Part shown: positions 38,268-52,159 of the stretch, piece by piece | Position numbering within the stretch: the stretch's first letter is position 1 | How the letters are laid out: the number at the start of each line of letters is the position of its first letter | Source of the DNA: Adineta vaga | Taxonomy: Eukaryota > Animalia > Rotifera | Reading direction: 5' to 3' | Length of the DNA stretch: 64,000 nt | NCBI GenBank assembly: GCA_021613535.1 | Contig: CP075493.1 | Location: forward strand, 16,430,001-16,494,000 | Made by a program: the position numbers and the translations under genes | The notes under the pieces: generated by a model | Database searches by the model: none | The model's input: the letters and a program-made list of their open reading frames with translations, nothing else | What the model was told of the DNA's origin: nothing

Positions 38268-38614
38268 CAACTTAATCTCAAGTTTAGCGTTATTGATTCA
38301 TCAGTGGTTTATCCAGCTTTTTTTTCTCCCAGAGGTTATAGCTGCCTCCTCGTAGTTTAAGATAATCGTGATCAATACAATATTTTTCAATGAAAAATTT
38401 ATAGAACGTGTTTAAAGGATAAAATATGACATAAAAAAAGAGGATATATTGACGTCAATCATTGTTTGTTAACATTATAATCGCATCTTTTTTTTTTCAA
38501 TAAAAATATTTGTGAAAAAAATAAATGACTTTAATCACGTTTATATGGTTTAATGTTTCTATTTAATAATTTTTCCTGAATAAAAATATTCTCATTTGAT
38601 TCTTCTTCTTTTCA

Positions 38615-41600
38615 ATGGACGTCTTAATAGTTTATTTTCTTTTGATTTTTATCAATGGAATTTCAGGTAAAATTTTGTTTAAATGAAAAAAAAAGAAAAA
38701 AAAGTTTCTTATTTCAGCAAACTCTTTAAATCAACCAAAATTTTGTCTGGGTGCTATTTGGAATGGAGATGGAGTTACTTTCGCTGATCAAAGCATTATT
38801 GGACAAAATCCTCTTCTTGTATTTATTAATACAGATAATACAATTTATGTTGTTAATCAAGATAAAAATGAAATTTTAATTTGGTTTAATCAAAGTACAA
38901 ATCCATCAAAAACTATTTCAGGAAATTTTTCCTATCCATCATCTATCTTTGTAACAAATCTTGGTGATATTATTATTGATAATGGATTTGTCAATAAACG
39001 AGTGGATAAATGGATTTCAAAGAATAATACTTTCGTCACAGTAATGCATATCGAATCAAAATGTACAGGACTTTTTGTTGATCAAAATGATACTTTATAT
39101 TGTTCAATGACAGAAGATCATAAGATAGTGAAGAAATCGTTGAATAATGAATTAATGACACCAATAGTCATTGCTGGAACTGGTACTTCAGGTTCTTCAT
39201 CAATTGAACTTTCTGGTCCTCATGGAATTTTTATTGATAGAAGTTTCGGTCTGTACGTAGCTGATTATTACAATAATCGTATTCAACTATTTGAATTTGG
39301 AAATCTGAATGGAATAACAAAAGCCGGTGACGGATCTGTTACTTATACAATTGACCTAAATCACCCAGTTTCCATTGTTTTGGATAATGATAAATATCTT
39401 TTCATTTCGGATCAACAGACTAGTCGTATAATTGGTTCAGATCAAAATGGTTTTCGATGTATAATTGGATGTAGTGAACAAGGTTCACAGTCTGATCAAT
39501 TATCATATCCATACAGTCTTCGTTTTGATATTCATGGAAATATTTTTGTTAGTGATGAATACAATAGTCGAATTCAAAAGTTTCTTTTTCAAAAAAGCTC
39601 ATGTGGTAAGTAAATAAAAATTTTGAATGAAAAACATGAAATGAAGTTGAATAATATTTTTCACCGTTCTCTATAGAAGCAACATCAATTATCTCCACAA
39701 CAAATCAAATTGAACGAAGTCTTTTTTCTTTTGAAAAACTTCTTAATTAATAAGAAATATTGTTTAATCTTTTAGAAGATCTTTCAACAAAAATTGATCA
39801 AAGTAAAATAATTTGAAAAATTTTCGATTAAGAAATACTTTTCTTTATTTATCAGAACACACTACAACACAAATGAGCCAAAGTTTATTAAAATAATTTA
39901 CGTTTGAAGAACAAATTCATCTTTTTTTTCTATAAAAATAGATTTTCCAACAACAAATGGGCAATTTCCAATCAATTCTCAAATAAATCAAAGTAAAAAA
40001 CAAACTGTTTAACTAATCTCATAAGAAGAATCGACATTTCTGAAATTTACAAATAAAAGAAATCTAATAACGACTTTTTTCTCGAGATTATTATCATTCT
40101 TTCATTAAATAGAGTACCTGAAGTAGCACTTAAATATCAGTTAGGTTGGACGCATTCGGACTGACATTTTCAGTAGACTCCAACGGGATTGAGTTTTTTG
40201 TCCCGATCCCGTTCAGACCCGACTTTCTAAATTTACTCTAATTTATCTGTAAATAGATACTGTGAATGTGGTACAAGTCGGCAAAATTTCACTGTATTGT
40301 AATTTTTTGGTGAAAAGGTGACTCGCAAGCGTATATCTCAACGTTTCGAGTAGTATCAGTCAGAGACCTTATTGAAATATTCGATTAGTTGGAACAAAAT
40401 ATTTATTTTTGGGACTAAGAAAATTCTCGTCTCGCTCCCGATTGATTTAGGATCGGGGCAGCCGCGCGGGATTCCAATCGTCAGGAATGAATTGAAACTT
40501 CAAATTACTTTTCATTTCAGTAGTTTCATTTAATCAACCAAAATTTTGTTCAAATGCAACTTGGAATCCAAATGGAATTACTTTTGCGAATGAAACATTT
40601 GTTGGATCATATAGTTATGGTCTTTTTATCACTACAAATAATACAATTTATATTGCTAATCGAGAGAAAAATGAAATTTCAATTTGGTTTAATCAAAGTT
40701 CGAATCCAACAAAAACGATTACAGGCAATTTTCAGAGTCCACATTCTATTTTTGTGACAAATCTTGGTGATATTTTTATTGATAATGGCGATGCTAATCA
40801 GCGGATTGATAAATGGATTTCGAAGAATGAAACTTTTATCAAAGTAATGAATGTTAACTCAAAATGTTTTGGTGTTTTTGTTGATCAAAATAACTCTTTA
40901 TATTGTTCGCTATATTGGGATGATAAAGTAGTGAAAAGATGGTTAAATGATGTTGAATTAACACCAACAACTGTTGCTGGTAATGGTACTCCAGGTTCTG
41001 CTCCAAATCAGCTTCAAGAGCCTTATGGAATATTTGTAGATGATAATATTGATTTATACGTGGCAGATTATCTAAATAATCGTATTCAAAAATTCGAAGT
41101 TGGAAATCCTGCTGGAATAACTAAAGCAGGAAATGGATCTTCTCCTTTTACAATTCTACTTTTACATCCAACTGGTGTAGTTTTAGATGGAAATAAATAT
41201 CTTTTTATTGTTGAACAAGGAAATCATCGGATCTTCGGATCTGATAAAAATGGTTTTCGATGCTTAGTTGGATGCCATGGAGGCGGTTCACAATCTCATC
41301 AATTATGGTATGTGGTTACTTTTAGTTTTGATGTTGATGGAAATATTTTTGTCACTGATCAATTGAATGGTCGAATTCAAAAATTTCTTTTCGAAAATGA
41401 TTCGTGTCAAAGTAAATAAAAGACTAAATTTAAATAAATTTTTCTTTCTTTTTTTTTCTAAACAGATAAAACATCAATAATTTCAACAACAAATCAAATA
41501 AAACAAAGTTTTTATAAATTTAAATTAATTTCTTTTAAAAAAAATTAATTCTCATTTTTAATTTAGGTGAACTAACAACAATTAAAAGTACAACACAAAT

Positions 41601-44600
41601 TATACAAGGTTTGATTTCTTTTCTCATTTCAAATAAATCTTCTTTTTTTTTTATAGTAAAACATTCAACAACAATAAAGTCACAAAGTAAAAGTTTTATT
41701 TTACTTTAGTTTAGCATTAATCAATTTTCCCTCTCTTTTAGATGAAATAACTTCTCATCAAAGTTAGTTTCAATTTTCTTTTCAAATAAATCTTTATTTT
41801 ATTTTCCTAAAAAAAGCATCATCGACATCAAATCGTTCAAAAAACGAATGTGAAATTCCCGAAATTCGTTTAATACCTGATTCAATTGAATCATCACCAA
41901 TTCAAATAGTTCGAAGTCGTGATTTTTATATTTTATCAAATATAAAATTAAATTGTTCAAAATTTCGTTCACAAATAAAATCTGAATGGAAAATAGAAAA
42001 TAATAGAAATGAATATAAAACAAATTTAATAAATTTAATAAGAACTGATTTATATATTCCACCATTTATTCTTCCTTATGGAATTTATAAATTTACACTT
42101 TCTATTCAAATGATTTCCTCTCCAACTATTCAATCATCAAAATCAATTTATATTCAAATAAATCCAACCGGAATAACAGCAAATCTTGTTCCATTAGGAA
42201 CATCAATGATAACATCGGGTTATGAACAAGATCTTCAATTAAATCCAGGAAATTATTCAAAAGATCAAGATGATTTTCCATTTAATTCAACGGTTTGTTT
42301 TCTTCTTCTTCTTCTTTCTTTTCTTCTTTATTTAAATTTAATATTTTAGGATTGGATTTATACATATTATTGTCGGATGTATGGTGTTTATGATGATTCA
42401 ATAAATAATTCATCTGATTTGCAATGTTTATCAAATTATGAATATAATGGAAATCAATTTCCAAAAGAATCCGCATTAAAAATTTATCGAAATTCATTAA
42501 AATTAGATGAAACTTATCAATTTATGGTACAAATGAATAATCGGAGAAATTCAACAATTTTTTCACTTGGTTATGTTCTTGTTCAAATTAAAGATTTTCA
42601 AAGACCAATGATTATTATTGGGTTTGATTATTTTCTTTTTTTTTGTTTTTTTATCCTTCTTCTCTTTTCTTTTAGTTGTGTTATATCAATACTTTGTTCA
42701 CCCAATCTTGAATATCAATTAATAACATCAACAAGCCAAGTTGCTTTATATTCATCTTGTCATGGAAATTGTCTATCGAATGAAATAATTCAATGGAATA
42801 TTTATCATCGATCAAAAAATTCTTCTCAATGGATTTTATTTCCTCAAATGAATTCTTCATTGTTTTATGGTAAATTAAATCTTTTCTTGTTCATTTCGAA
42901 ATGAATTTTTTTTATTCTAAAAGGTCGAAATACAAAGAATTTCACCGCAACAAATAATTTATTTTTAAATAATCCTGATGAAATGTATTGGAGATTTGTA
43001 GTGAAATATAATTTTACCAATGAAAGCAGTACAAGTGCATTAAATTTCAAAATTCAAACAAAACCATCAAATGGAAGTTGTTCAATTGATCCAAGAAATG
43101 GAACTACTAAAACATTGTTTGAAATCAAATGTTTTGATTGGGAAATAAAAGATCAAATTAAAGATTATTCGTTATATTGTAAGAAGAAAAGAACTTTTCT
43201 CTTTTGTAAATTTTCTTTTTTTCTCTCTTCTTATTTAGATTGGTTAAATGATCCAATAAAACGAACAATTATTGCATTTTCACCTGTGAGTAATTTTACT
43301 GTTCGATTACCAAGTGGAAATCTTAATCTTTTCATTCAAATTCGTGATTTTATGTATTCAACAACTGATTTTAATATTTCATCACCAATGTCTGTTGTAT
43401 CACAATCAATAAATGATTTATTCACTGAATTAAGTGAAACAAATGATCAAAATTATCTTGGACAAGTGGTTAGTTCAATTTCACAAGAATTTAATCAAAT
43501 TTCAAATGAAAATCTTGATAAAGCAATGAAAAGTAAGAGATAAGATTACAATTTTTCGATAAAACATCGTTTTTCTTTTAGATGGAATTGAACAAACAAG
43601 AATATCTGTTTCATCATTAGGACAAAATCGAACTTCTTCGAACAATTTCATTTCAATAATAAATCAAACAGCAATGAATGAATTCAATGAAGAATTGAAT
43701 TTTCAAGCAAATTCTCGAGAAAATTTAACTGAATTTATCGTCAATCTTCCTGTAATGGGCATTGATAGTATTAAATTACAACTATCAACATTAAATCAAC
43801 TTACACAAACAACAAATAAATTAACAAGAAAAACACTTGTAAAGATTTCAGATCAATGTTGTCAATTATCTCAAATTCTTCGTAATTTATCAACTAAAAT
43901 TCCATTTGAAGATGTTCAAATGATAAGTCAACAACTTCTTCAATGTGCTGCAAATGCTTTAACAGTAAGAAATAGGTTTATTAGTTCTCGATTAAATGAC
44001 TTCATCTAGGGTGTTAATGGAGTTTTACAACAACGAACAAATGTTTTACAATCAGATTTTGATAGTTCAACAAAGATTCCAGATGATTATGATACAAATT
44101 TAGAGTCAGATTGGTCAAATTTAAGTAAATTTCTATCCTTGTCTTTCTCAGAAATTTTAATCCTCTCTCAATTTAGAATTATTTATCGATGAAAATGATT
44201 ATTCAATTGATAAAATAAATGAAAATCGAAATAAATATTATCAAGAAAAATTATCAAATGAAATAATGAATAAAGTCAATGAAATTGTTTCATTAGTTAG
44301 TCAATCATTAGATATTCATTTAAATATTGGACAAAAAATGATAATCAATACAGATGAAACATTTCTAACGTTTGAAAAGATTTCAATTGGACAATTCTTC
44401 AATAAAACATTCGAACAAGTTGGAGGAGCGAAAATTCAACTTCCATCAAATTCAACATTATCATTTCTGGAAAAGAATTCAACAGTTTCTCTGCGAACAA
44501 CATTAGATCGATTAGCTTCTTATGAGAAAAATTCTAATACAAATCTTTCAACAATGATTTCATTATCAATTCTTGGTCAAAATGGAAATGAAATCCCATT

Positions 44601-47600
44601 TCAAACAACAAAACAAAATCCAATTCGAATAATTATTCCACGAGATTCAAATATTCAAATTCCACCAATGATTTACCATAATGTTTCATCCTTCAATTCA
44701 ACACCACATAATCAAACATTTCATTATCATTATGTGAATATTTCATCTCGTTTACCGATTTCAATTCATATTGAATTTGAACCATTGGATCACAACATAT
44801 CTTATTTATTAATGTATAAATTTGATCAATTTACACAATTGAATAATTCGGATGGATGGAATTTATTTTGTTATCAGAAGAATTATCTTCAATTTATTGA
44901 TAATCAGCAAGCAATTGGCCATCAAGTATTAATCATCGGTTTACGAGAATTAAATCCAACTGAAATGAAGAATTCTTGTGCAAATAAATCATTTCCAATT
45001 CCAAATGAACCAGTTGAATTTACATCAGATTATCAATTAAGAATCTATTCATCTGGTTGTTATTATCTTAATGAACAAAATCAATGGAAATCCGATGGAT
45101 TAATCGTTGGATCAAATACAAATCTCTATGAAACTGAATGTTTTTCCACACATTTAACAAAATTTTCAAGTGGATTTTTAATTTTACCTAAATTACCCGA
45201 TTGGAATTTTGTTTTTAACAATGCTGATTTTTCTAAAAATAAAACAATTTATTCGACTGTCATTATTGTAACAATTATTTATATTGGTTTAATGATTTAT
45301 GCACGAAAATTTGATAAAAAAGATTTAGAAAAATTAGGTGTTACACCATTATCTGATAATCGACCTTCGGATCGCTATTATTATCAACTCATTGTATTCA
45401 CCGGACAGCGAAAAGATTCAGGAACAAATTCTAAAGTTCATTTTATTTTATATGGTGAAGAAAATCATACTCGTATTCGAACATTTTCAGATTCAAAACG
45501 AAAGATATTTCAACGTGGTGGAATTGATTCATTTGTCATGTCACTACCAAAATCGTTAGGATTATTGAATTATATTCGTATTTGGCATGATAATTCAGGT
45601 AAAGATTCTTCAGCATCATGGTTTTTAAAATATTTAATCGTTCGTGATTTACAAACGATGGAAACGTGTCATTTTATTGCACAACGATGGTTTGGTGTTG
45701 AAAAAGATGATGGAAAAATTGAACGCGTTTTTCCAATTGCAAATGAAGAAGAAAAGAAAGAATTTTCGTATATTTTATCAAAGAAAGCATTTCATAGTAT
45801 TTCAGATGGTCATCTTTGGTTTTCAATTTTTTCTCGTCCACCATCACAACAATTTACACGTCTTCAACGATGTACTTGTTGTTTTGTTTTACTTTTTGTT
45901 TCAATGTTGACTAATATTGTGTATTATGATTTATCAAATCAAGCAAAAGTTAATTACAATTCAACAATAAGTCTTTCATTTGGAACATTTTTTGTTACAT
46001 TTGATCAGATTTTCATTGGTTTAATGAGTGAATTAGTCTCATTAATTCCAAGTATTTTCTTAATTCAATTATTTCGTCGACTTCGATCTCGACATCAACG
46101 AATTTCACCATTCTTTCATCAAACTAAATCAACAAGTACACAAATAAAGAAGAAAAATCCACTAACATTTCCATGGTGGTGTATATTTATTGCTTATGGA
46201 ATCTCTTTTCTTTTAATTTTAACTTCAATCTTCTTTATCATTGCACGTGGAATTGAATTTGGTGATGTGAAAAGTCAACAATGGTTAATTTCAGTACTTT
46301 CATCATTCTTTTCATCAATTCTACTCACTGAACCAATTAAAGTAAAGATTTTCTCTTTGATAATATCACTTTGAATAATTTTCTTTCAAATAGATTGTAT
46401 CAATGGCAATATTTTTCGCGTTTTTCTGTCAAAAATCCACAAATGAAGATGAAGAAGCAAAAGAATATTTTCATGAAAATCGATTAGTTCTCGAAAAAGA
46501 TGAAGAATATCTTTATTCATCAAGTGAAAGTCAATCAAAAACTCGTCCAAATCGATTAACACCAAATGAACTTGTTTGTGCACGTCAAATTCGTCTTCGT
46601 GAACTTCAAATATGGTCAATTGTTCGAGAAATCTTTGTTTATTTTTGTTTTCTCTTACTTTTATCTGTGATTTTTTATTCAAATCATAATTCGAATGCTT
46701 CGTTACAAGTTCAACATCTTCGCAAATCGTTTCAAATAAAAATTTATTCGATAAATGAATACTGGAAATGGTTAGAAGATGATTTTATTCTAAAACTTCG
46801 TGCACAAAAATGGTACAATGGAAAAAACGTTGAATATCTTCGGGGTTATTTAAATGATACATCAAATCGACTCATTGGATGGCCTTTTATGAAACAATCA
46901 AGAATTCGAATAACGTCCTGTTCAAAACGAATTAAAATCAAATCAATTTGTCGAAATAATGCTGAAGAAAAACGTTCATTTCTACCTGGATGGATTGAAT
47001 ATTCAACGGAAACATTTAGCTCATCAATATCTCAATCATTTCAATATAAATCAAATGATCATGGATATGTTTATGAATTTCGTAGTTCATTAAAAGATCT
47101 TCGAACTGATCTTTTTCAACTTCATCAATTTGGATGGATTGATCAACAAACACGTCTTGTTCAAATTCATATGTCACTTTATAATCCAAATGTTCAATTA
47201 TTTACTTTTGTTACTTTACGAACAGAATTCTTTTCAACTGGTTCGATTCATTTTCATTCTCGATTTGAACCAATTGATTTTTACGGTAAAATCTTTCTTT
47301 CTTCTTTGTTTCATTAAATCAATTTTTTTTTTATTAAGCTTTTACATCTCTCGTTCAATTGAGTTCTATGATTATTTATTTAATTTTGATCATTTATTTG
47401 ATCTGGAATGAAATTCATTCTATCTTAGAATTAAAATGGAATTATTTCTTCAATTTTTGGTCAATCATTGATATTGGTTTGATTATCTGTTCACTTTCCT
47501 CAATCGGAGTTTATTTTCTTCGATATAAAATTTCAAAAGATATCGGAAAAGTTTTTCATAAAAGTCAAGGTGACATTTACGTTGATTTACGTGAATCAGT

Positions 47601-48328
47601 TTATCTTAATGATCTATTAACTTATTTCAATGGTTTTTGTTGTTTTTTTGGTACAATTAAATTTCTTCATTTATGCCGTTTTAATCATCGTTTATCTTTA
47701 TTTACTGAAACACTTCGTTTATCTACAAAAGAATTAATTTCATTTTCAATGATGTTTTCAATTATTTTCACATCATTTCTTTGTTTATTTTATCTTTTAT
47801 TTCTTTCAAAATTAAATTCATGTTCAACTTTATTTCAAACTTGTCAAATGTTATTTGAAATGATTTTATTAAAATTTGATGCAAATCAGTTATCAAAAGC
47901 AGGAACATTTCTTGGACCATTTACATTGATTTTATTTGTTCTTATCGTTGTTTTCATTTGTTTAAGTATGTTTTTATCAATTATTAGTGATAATTTTCAT
48001 TTTGCACGTCAAAAAGTTATTCGAGATCCAGAAGTTTTTTCATTCATGATCAATAAATTTCTACAATGGACAGGTAACTTTTATGAGATGGAAGGGAATT
48101 TCTATTTGAAATGAATATTTTAGGTTTAAGAAAACGACCACAATGGGAAATTCATGAAGAAGAAGATCAAAAACTGCGTGGAGAATATTTAAGCTCAATC
48201 GATACATTAACATTGAGAATAAATCAATTGGTAAATCAAATTAATCGAGTAAGATATTTTTATTAATCACTATTAAAACATATATTTTCTTCTTTTAGAT
48301 GTATTCTAATCATCAAACAAGATCATAA
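38615..48328 (+). CDS. Polycystin-1-like (PKD1L/REJ) receptor-channel with two N-terminal NHL beta-propellers, multi-exon
   Basis: Signal-peptide exon MDVLIVYFLLIFINGIS; two NHL exons; Thr-rich micro-exons; REJ-like region; GPS (CFSTHLTKF); PLAT (VFTG...GTNS, IRIWHDNSG); FTRLQRCTCC; PKD channel domain. Confidence 0.9.
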
Positions 48329-49143
48329 TAATAACTTTGTTTACATTGTGAATTGAATAAGCTTGAATGTTCATTGCTTTTGACAATAGACATAAAACAT
48401 GTTCTTTATTTGATTCTCGGAAGATATTGATCAAAAAGATTAAATTCCTGTTTGTCTTGTTAAAAATTCTCGAATTACCTCATCATACGTTGAAAGTGAC
48501 ATTTCAGCAGATGTTTATTGATATTTAGACAGACTAGGCCATATTTGACGTCGTTTCTATGTTGTTAAAACGTAAGCTTTAACGCTAGAATAAAATGGCT
48601 ATATTTTGAGAAGCAATAGGTCTCTCCACATTATTATTTTGAAAATTGGTTCTTCTCTTAGAAACTTATACGATATTTGAACGCGCATTTTTACTGATTT
48701 TGTCTGCCTGGGAAATGTAATTGATAGTTTTACCGCCAATACTCAATCTAATAATATATTAATACCACTTATATTTAAATCAGTAATAATACTACTGCAT
48801 GAGCAGTAATACTACTAATTGGATAATAATTTATTTAAATTAGCAGTAAGTCTTGTATATAAGAAGCAATAAGAATCCAAACGTTATAGTGTCATTCATT
48901 GCCGTTCGGCATTCCCTTTCTTTTTCTCGTTCGTATTGTATGATTTGCTGGAAACTCGACAATGAGAATTTCGACAATATTGTCCATTTGAAAAGCCCCC
49001 CCCCCCCAACGCTTTCTCAGTAATATGTCAATACTATGTTTCATGTAGAGTTCTATTGTTTGAAGTCACCCATACTCTTACATCCTCACTAATCCCGAGA
49101 TGGATTTTTCAGATTCGTCAGTATTAACAAAATTCCGTTGTCC

Positions 49144-49213
49144 AGGGTGTGGGTGTGCAATACACTTGAAAAATAAAGATATTAAATCACCATCTTGAGA
49201 GTGTGAGATGAAG
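49144..49213 (+). repeat. Two tandem G-strand telomere-like tracts, the second preceded by AATCACCATCTTGA
   Basis: GGGTGTGGGTGTG ... AATCACCATCTTGAGAGTGTGAGATGAAG. Confidence 0.7.
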
Positions 49214-49398
49214 ACTTGTACGATAAAAACAATATAGTGAATAGAGTGTAGAAATAGACAATATGTAAATCAAATAAATGAAGAATATACTTTTTTTTAT
49301 AAATCCCGGCGTCGTGATTATCTTATTGTACATTGTTGTGCCGCTGGTACTCTCGCATGATTTCGATAGTGAATAAATCGTTTAATTTTTTCTTTAAA

Positions 49399-49450
49399 AT
49401 CTTGAGGGTGAGGGTGCAGTTATTCAACCACCCTCACCCTCACCCACCCG
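49399..49450. repeat. Inverted telomere-like mini-element built from the TGAGGG variant
   Basis: ATCTTGAGGGTGAGGGTG-CAGTTATTCAAC-CACCCTCACCCTCACCCACCC. Confidence 0.85.
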
Positions 49451-49574
49451 TAAGAAATTGGTAGTGTCACCGAATTTAAAAAATTCAAGGTGTATAGAGA
49501 ACTAAAATATTTATACTTTCCAAGTACCATGAATATCAGGAGAGTCAAGAAATTCCAGCGAAATTCGAATTACG

Positions 49575-50120
49575 TTACAACTTCTTTTTCACATCTACAA
49601 TATTCTCTCGCATATTCTGAATATCAGGGTGATCAGAAGGTAATAAACGTTGTTTAGTATCAAGAGCATGTTCATAATATGAGAGTGCTTTCGAGTAATC
49701 ACCCATACTGTTATAAACCCCACCGATGTTGTTGTAAGAATTAGCCAATGAAAGATGATTTAAAGGAAGCGTTTTTTGGCAAATCTCAACGGCTTGTTCG
49801 TAAAATGAAAGTGCTTTCGAGTACTCTCCCATATTATTAAACACCGTGCCGATGTTGTTGTAGGAAGCAGCCAACGAGGGATGATTTGATGGAAGAGTTT
49901 TTTCTTTGATTTCAACTGCTTTTTCAAAAAATAAAAGTGCTTTCGAGTAATCACCCATTCTGTTGTATGTCCCACCGATGTTGTTGTAGGAAGTGGCTAA
50001 TGAAATATGATTTGAAGGAAGCGTTTTCTGACAAATCTCAATTGCTTTTTCGTAAAACAAAAGCGCTTTCGAGTATTCGCACATGTTCTTATATACGGAA
50101 CCAGTGTTGTTGTAGAAAGC
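49575..50120 (-). pseudogene. 3' fragment of a TPR-repeat gene (42-aa kinesin-light-chain-type repeats), 5' part missing
   Basis: Four repeats of LAxSYNNIGxxYxxMGxYSKAL; the frame begins mid-repeat at the telomere-like element. Confidence 0.85.
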
Positions 50121-50122
50121 TA

Positions 50123-50198
50123 GGGTGGGTGTGGGTGTGGGTGAAGAACAGATCAGCACTCACATCCACATCAACACCCTCACACCCACACCCTTCAA
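50123..50198. repeat. Inverted telomere-like mini-element at the TPR truncation point
   Basis: GGGTGGGTGTGGGTGTGGGTGAAGA...CACCCTCACACCCACACCCTTCAA. Confidence 0.9.
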
Positions 50199-50690
50199 AA
50201 CTGTGCCAGATGTAACAATGAAATAACATTAATTACAGTCGGTGTGGTACAAAGGCATAGATCTAAGCTATGTTTTTCATAAGCAATAACAGTGATGTCA
50301 TGCTTTACACTTCTAGTCCTTACGAGATCGCGGTGGAAGCTTTTTTTGATTACGCTAGTATACTGTGGATCAAATTTATTGCCAACAAAATATATGGCAT
50401 AAGAGTTTTACTTCAGTTTGATCTGCGTATGACGCTGAAATAAAACTCTAATATGATACCTTGATTGGTAATAAAGTTGATGGAAAGTATGGTAGTATAT
50501 AAAGAAAGAGTGAAAAAACTGTTGTTCGTGGATGATAATGATGTTAGTAGCGGATTCGAGTAATTTCAATGGTCGTTCATTCAAGAGCCTATTCTAGAGC
50601 TCTTAATCAGTTTTTCAAGTACAATTTTGTAAGTTTTATTCAATGGTATAATTAGATTTCCCATAATGAAGATGGACGAGACACCAAAGA

Positions 50691-50745
50691 AGGGTCTGAG
50701 TGCGCTATGTTTATCTCTTACTCACGCTCATGTCCACACCCTCAA
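50691..50745. repeat. Degenerate inverted telomere-like mini-element
   Basis: AGGGTCTGAGTGCG ... CTCACGCTCATGTCCACACCCTCAA. Confidence 0.55.
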
Positions 50746-50891
50746 ATTTTTTTCAAAGTTAAGTAAAGATAAAGTGTCACTCCTAACCGACGTTAGTCTT
50801 AGGATATCAGATTAATCTAAAATGATTTTTTTTGAAAAAGCAAACTCGGATTTATTTTCTTGTAACATCTGTATTGTTCATAGAATTATTT

Positions 50892-50950
50892 GGTGTGGAT
50901 GTGGGTGTCACTAAAGAAGAAACATCTACACCCACACCCATACTCACAAG
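50892..50950. repeat. Inverted telomere-like mini-element
   Basis: GGTGTGGATGTGGGTGT-spacer-CTACACCCACACCCATACTCACAAG. Confidence 0.8.
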
Positions 50951-51046
50951 GTTTCTCTGTGTAGATAATTCAAGATTTATTTATGTATATTACAGCTGGA
51001 TTCGTAAGCACGAATATACGATATATAGATGAATTAATTTTGTCAG

Positions 51047-52159
51047 CTAAACATGATAATTGACTATCGTGTTTGCTCGATAGTTAAAATATTTGTTATA
51101 ATTCATTAAAGTTAACTTAATAATTCGCTGTCCGTTGGACTTCTCTGTTCGTTGATATTGATACAGATTGTAGCAGGAAAATAGTATCTCTTCTTCAGCG
51201 GCATATTTTGTATGTGCCGGTTGTATCTCCATACAGAATTTCGACCATTCTGGTGTGATATCGATATGAAACAGTGTATTTTTATTTTTGAATGGCATTG
51301 ATTTGGATGTTGATGTAAAGCTTGGTATGAAAAAGATGTTTTGCGTTTCATAGGCTTGAATTTCACTCGGTGACATGTCCGCACCTAGAAGAAAGAACGA
51401 AGTGAATGTCACTGTAATGTTCCGACCACTATCAAAGAACTAACCTCGAAATACGGTACCAGCAAATCGCATTTGAGACATACCAATAGAATATTTCAAT
51501 TGTTTGATATATGACCCATAAGATTTTAGTTTTGGCGAATCGGATGCTAATGCCATGTTGACTTCGGTGCAATACCAGTTTGAACCTGATGTGTATTGCC
51601 AAATACAATCTCTTATACTACTAGGCTTTTCTTCATCGGATAAGCATCCAATACAATACTGGAGATAGTTTGGACCCTTTTTTTTTACTGGGTAAAAATT
51701 GACCACTTGATCTGATATTGACATATTCTTCATCGACTTTGGTACCGTCTGAGGATTGGGAAATTGTGTTGATACTGGTAGAAGTTGAATAAAATCTGGA
51801 TTGGGATAGTTGGATAAATGCGGTCTGACAGAATGAGAATGCGGTTTTTTCAACGTCAAACTTTTATTGGATGAGACACTGTGGTTCGATGAAGACTGTA
51901 CAGCGGCTTGATAACTTGCATTACTCGTAAAAGGTGATACATAAGAACCATGGTAACCAGATGAAGACGATGCAGATGTTTCATAACTTGAACTACTTGT
52001 AAAAGGTGATACATAAGAACCATGGTAACCAGATGAAGACGGTACAGCGGCTTGATAACTTGGATTACTTGTATAGGATGCTCCGAAACGTCGCATTGCG
52101 GATACACTAGATGAACTACCAAAAGAAAAGGCAGCATGCTCATTCGAATTTTCACTCAT
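51047..52159 (-). CDS. R-S-E clade (cholera-toxin-like) mono-ADP-ribosyltransferase with Ser-rich repeat N-terminus, two exons
   Basis: QYTSGSNWYCTEVNMAL, VFRG, FTSTS, EEEILF catalytic motifs; intron approx. 51443-51385. Confidence 0.8.

Noticed and set aside
48995-49008. Poly-C run
   Set aside because: Simple homopolymer with no telomeric periodicity.
50121-50159. MLICSSPTPTPT as the true N-terminus of the TPR ORF
   Set aside because: It derives from the telomere-like element and starts at a non-ATG codon.
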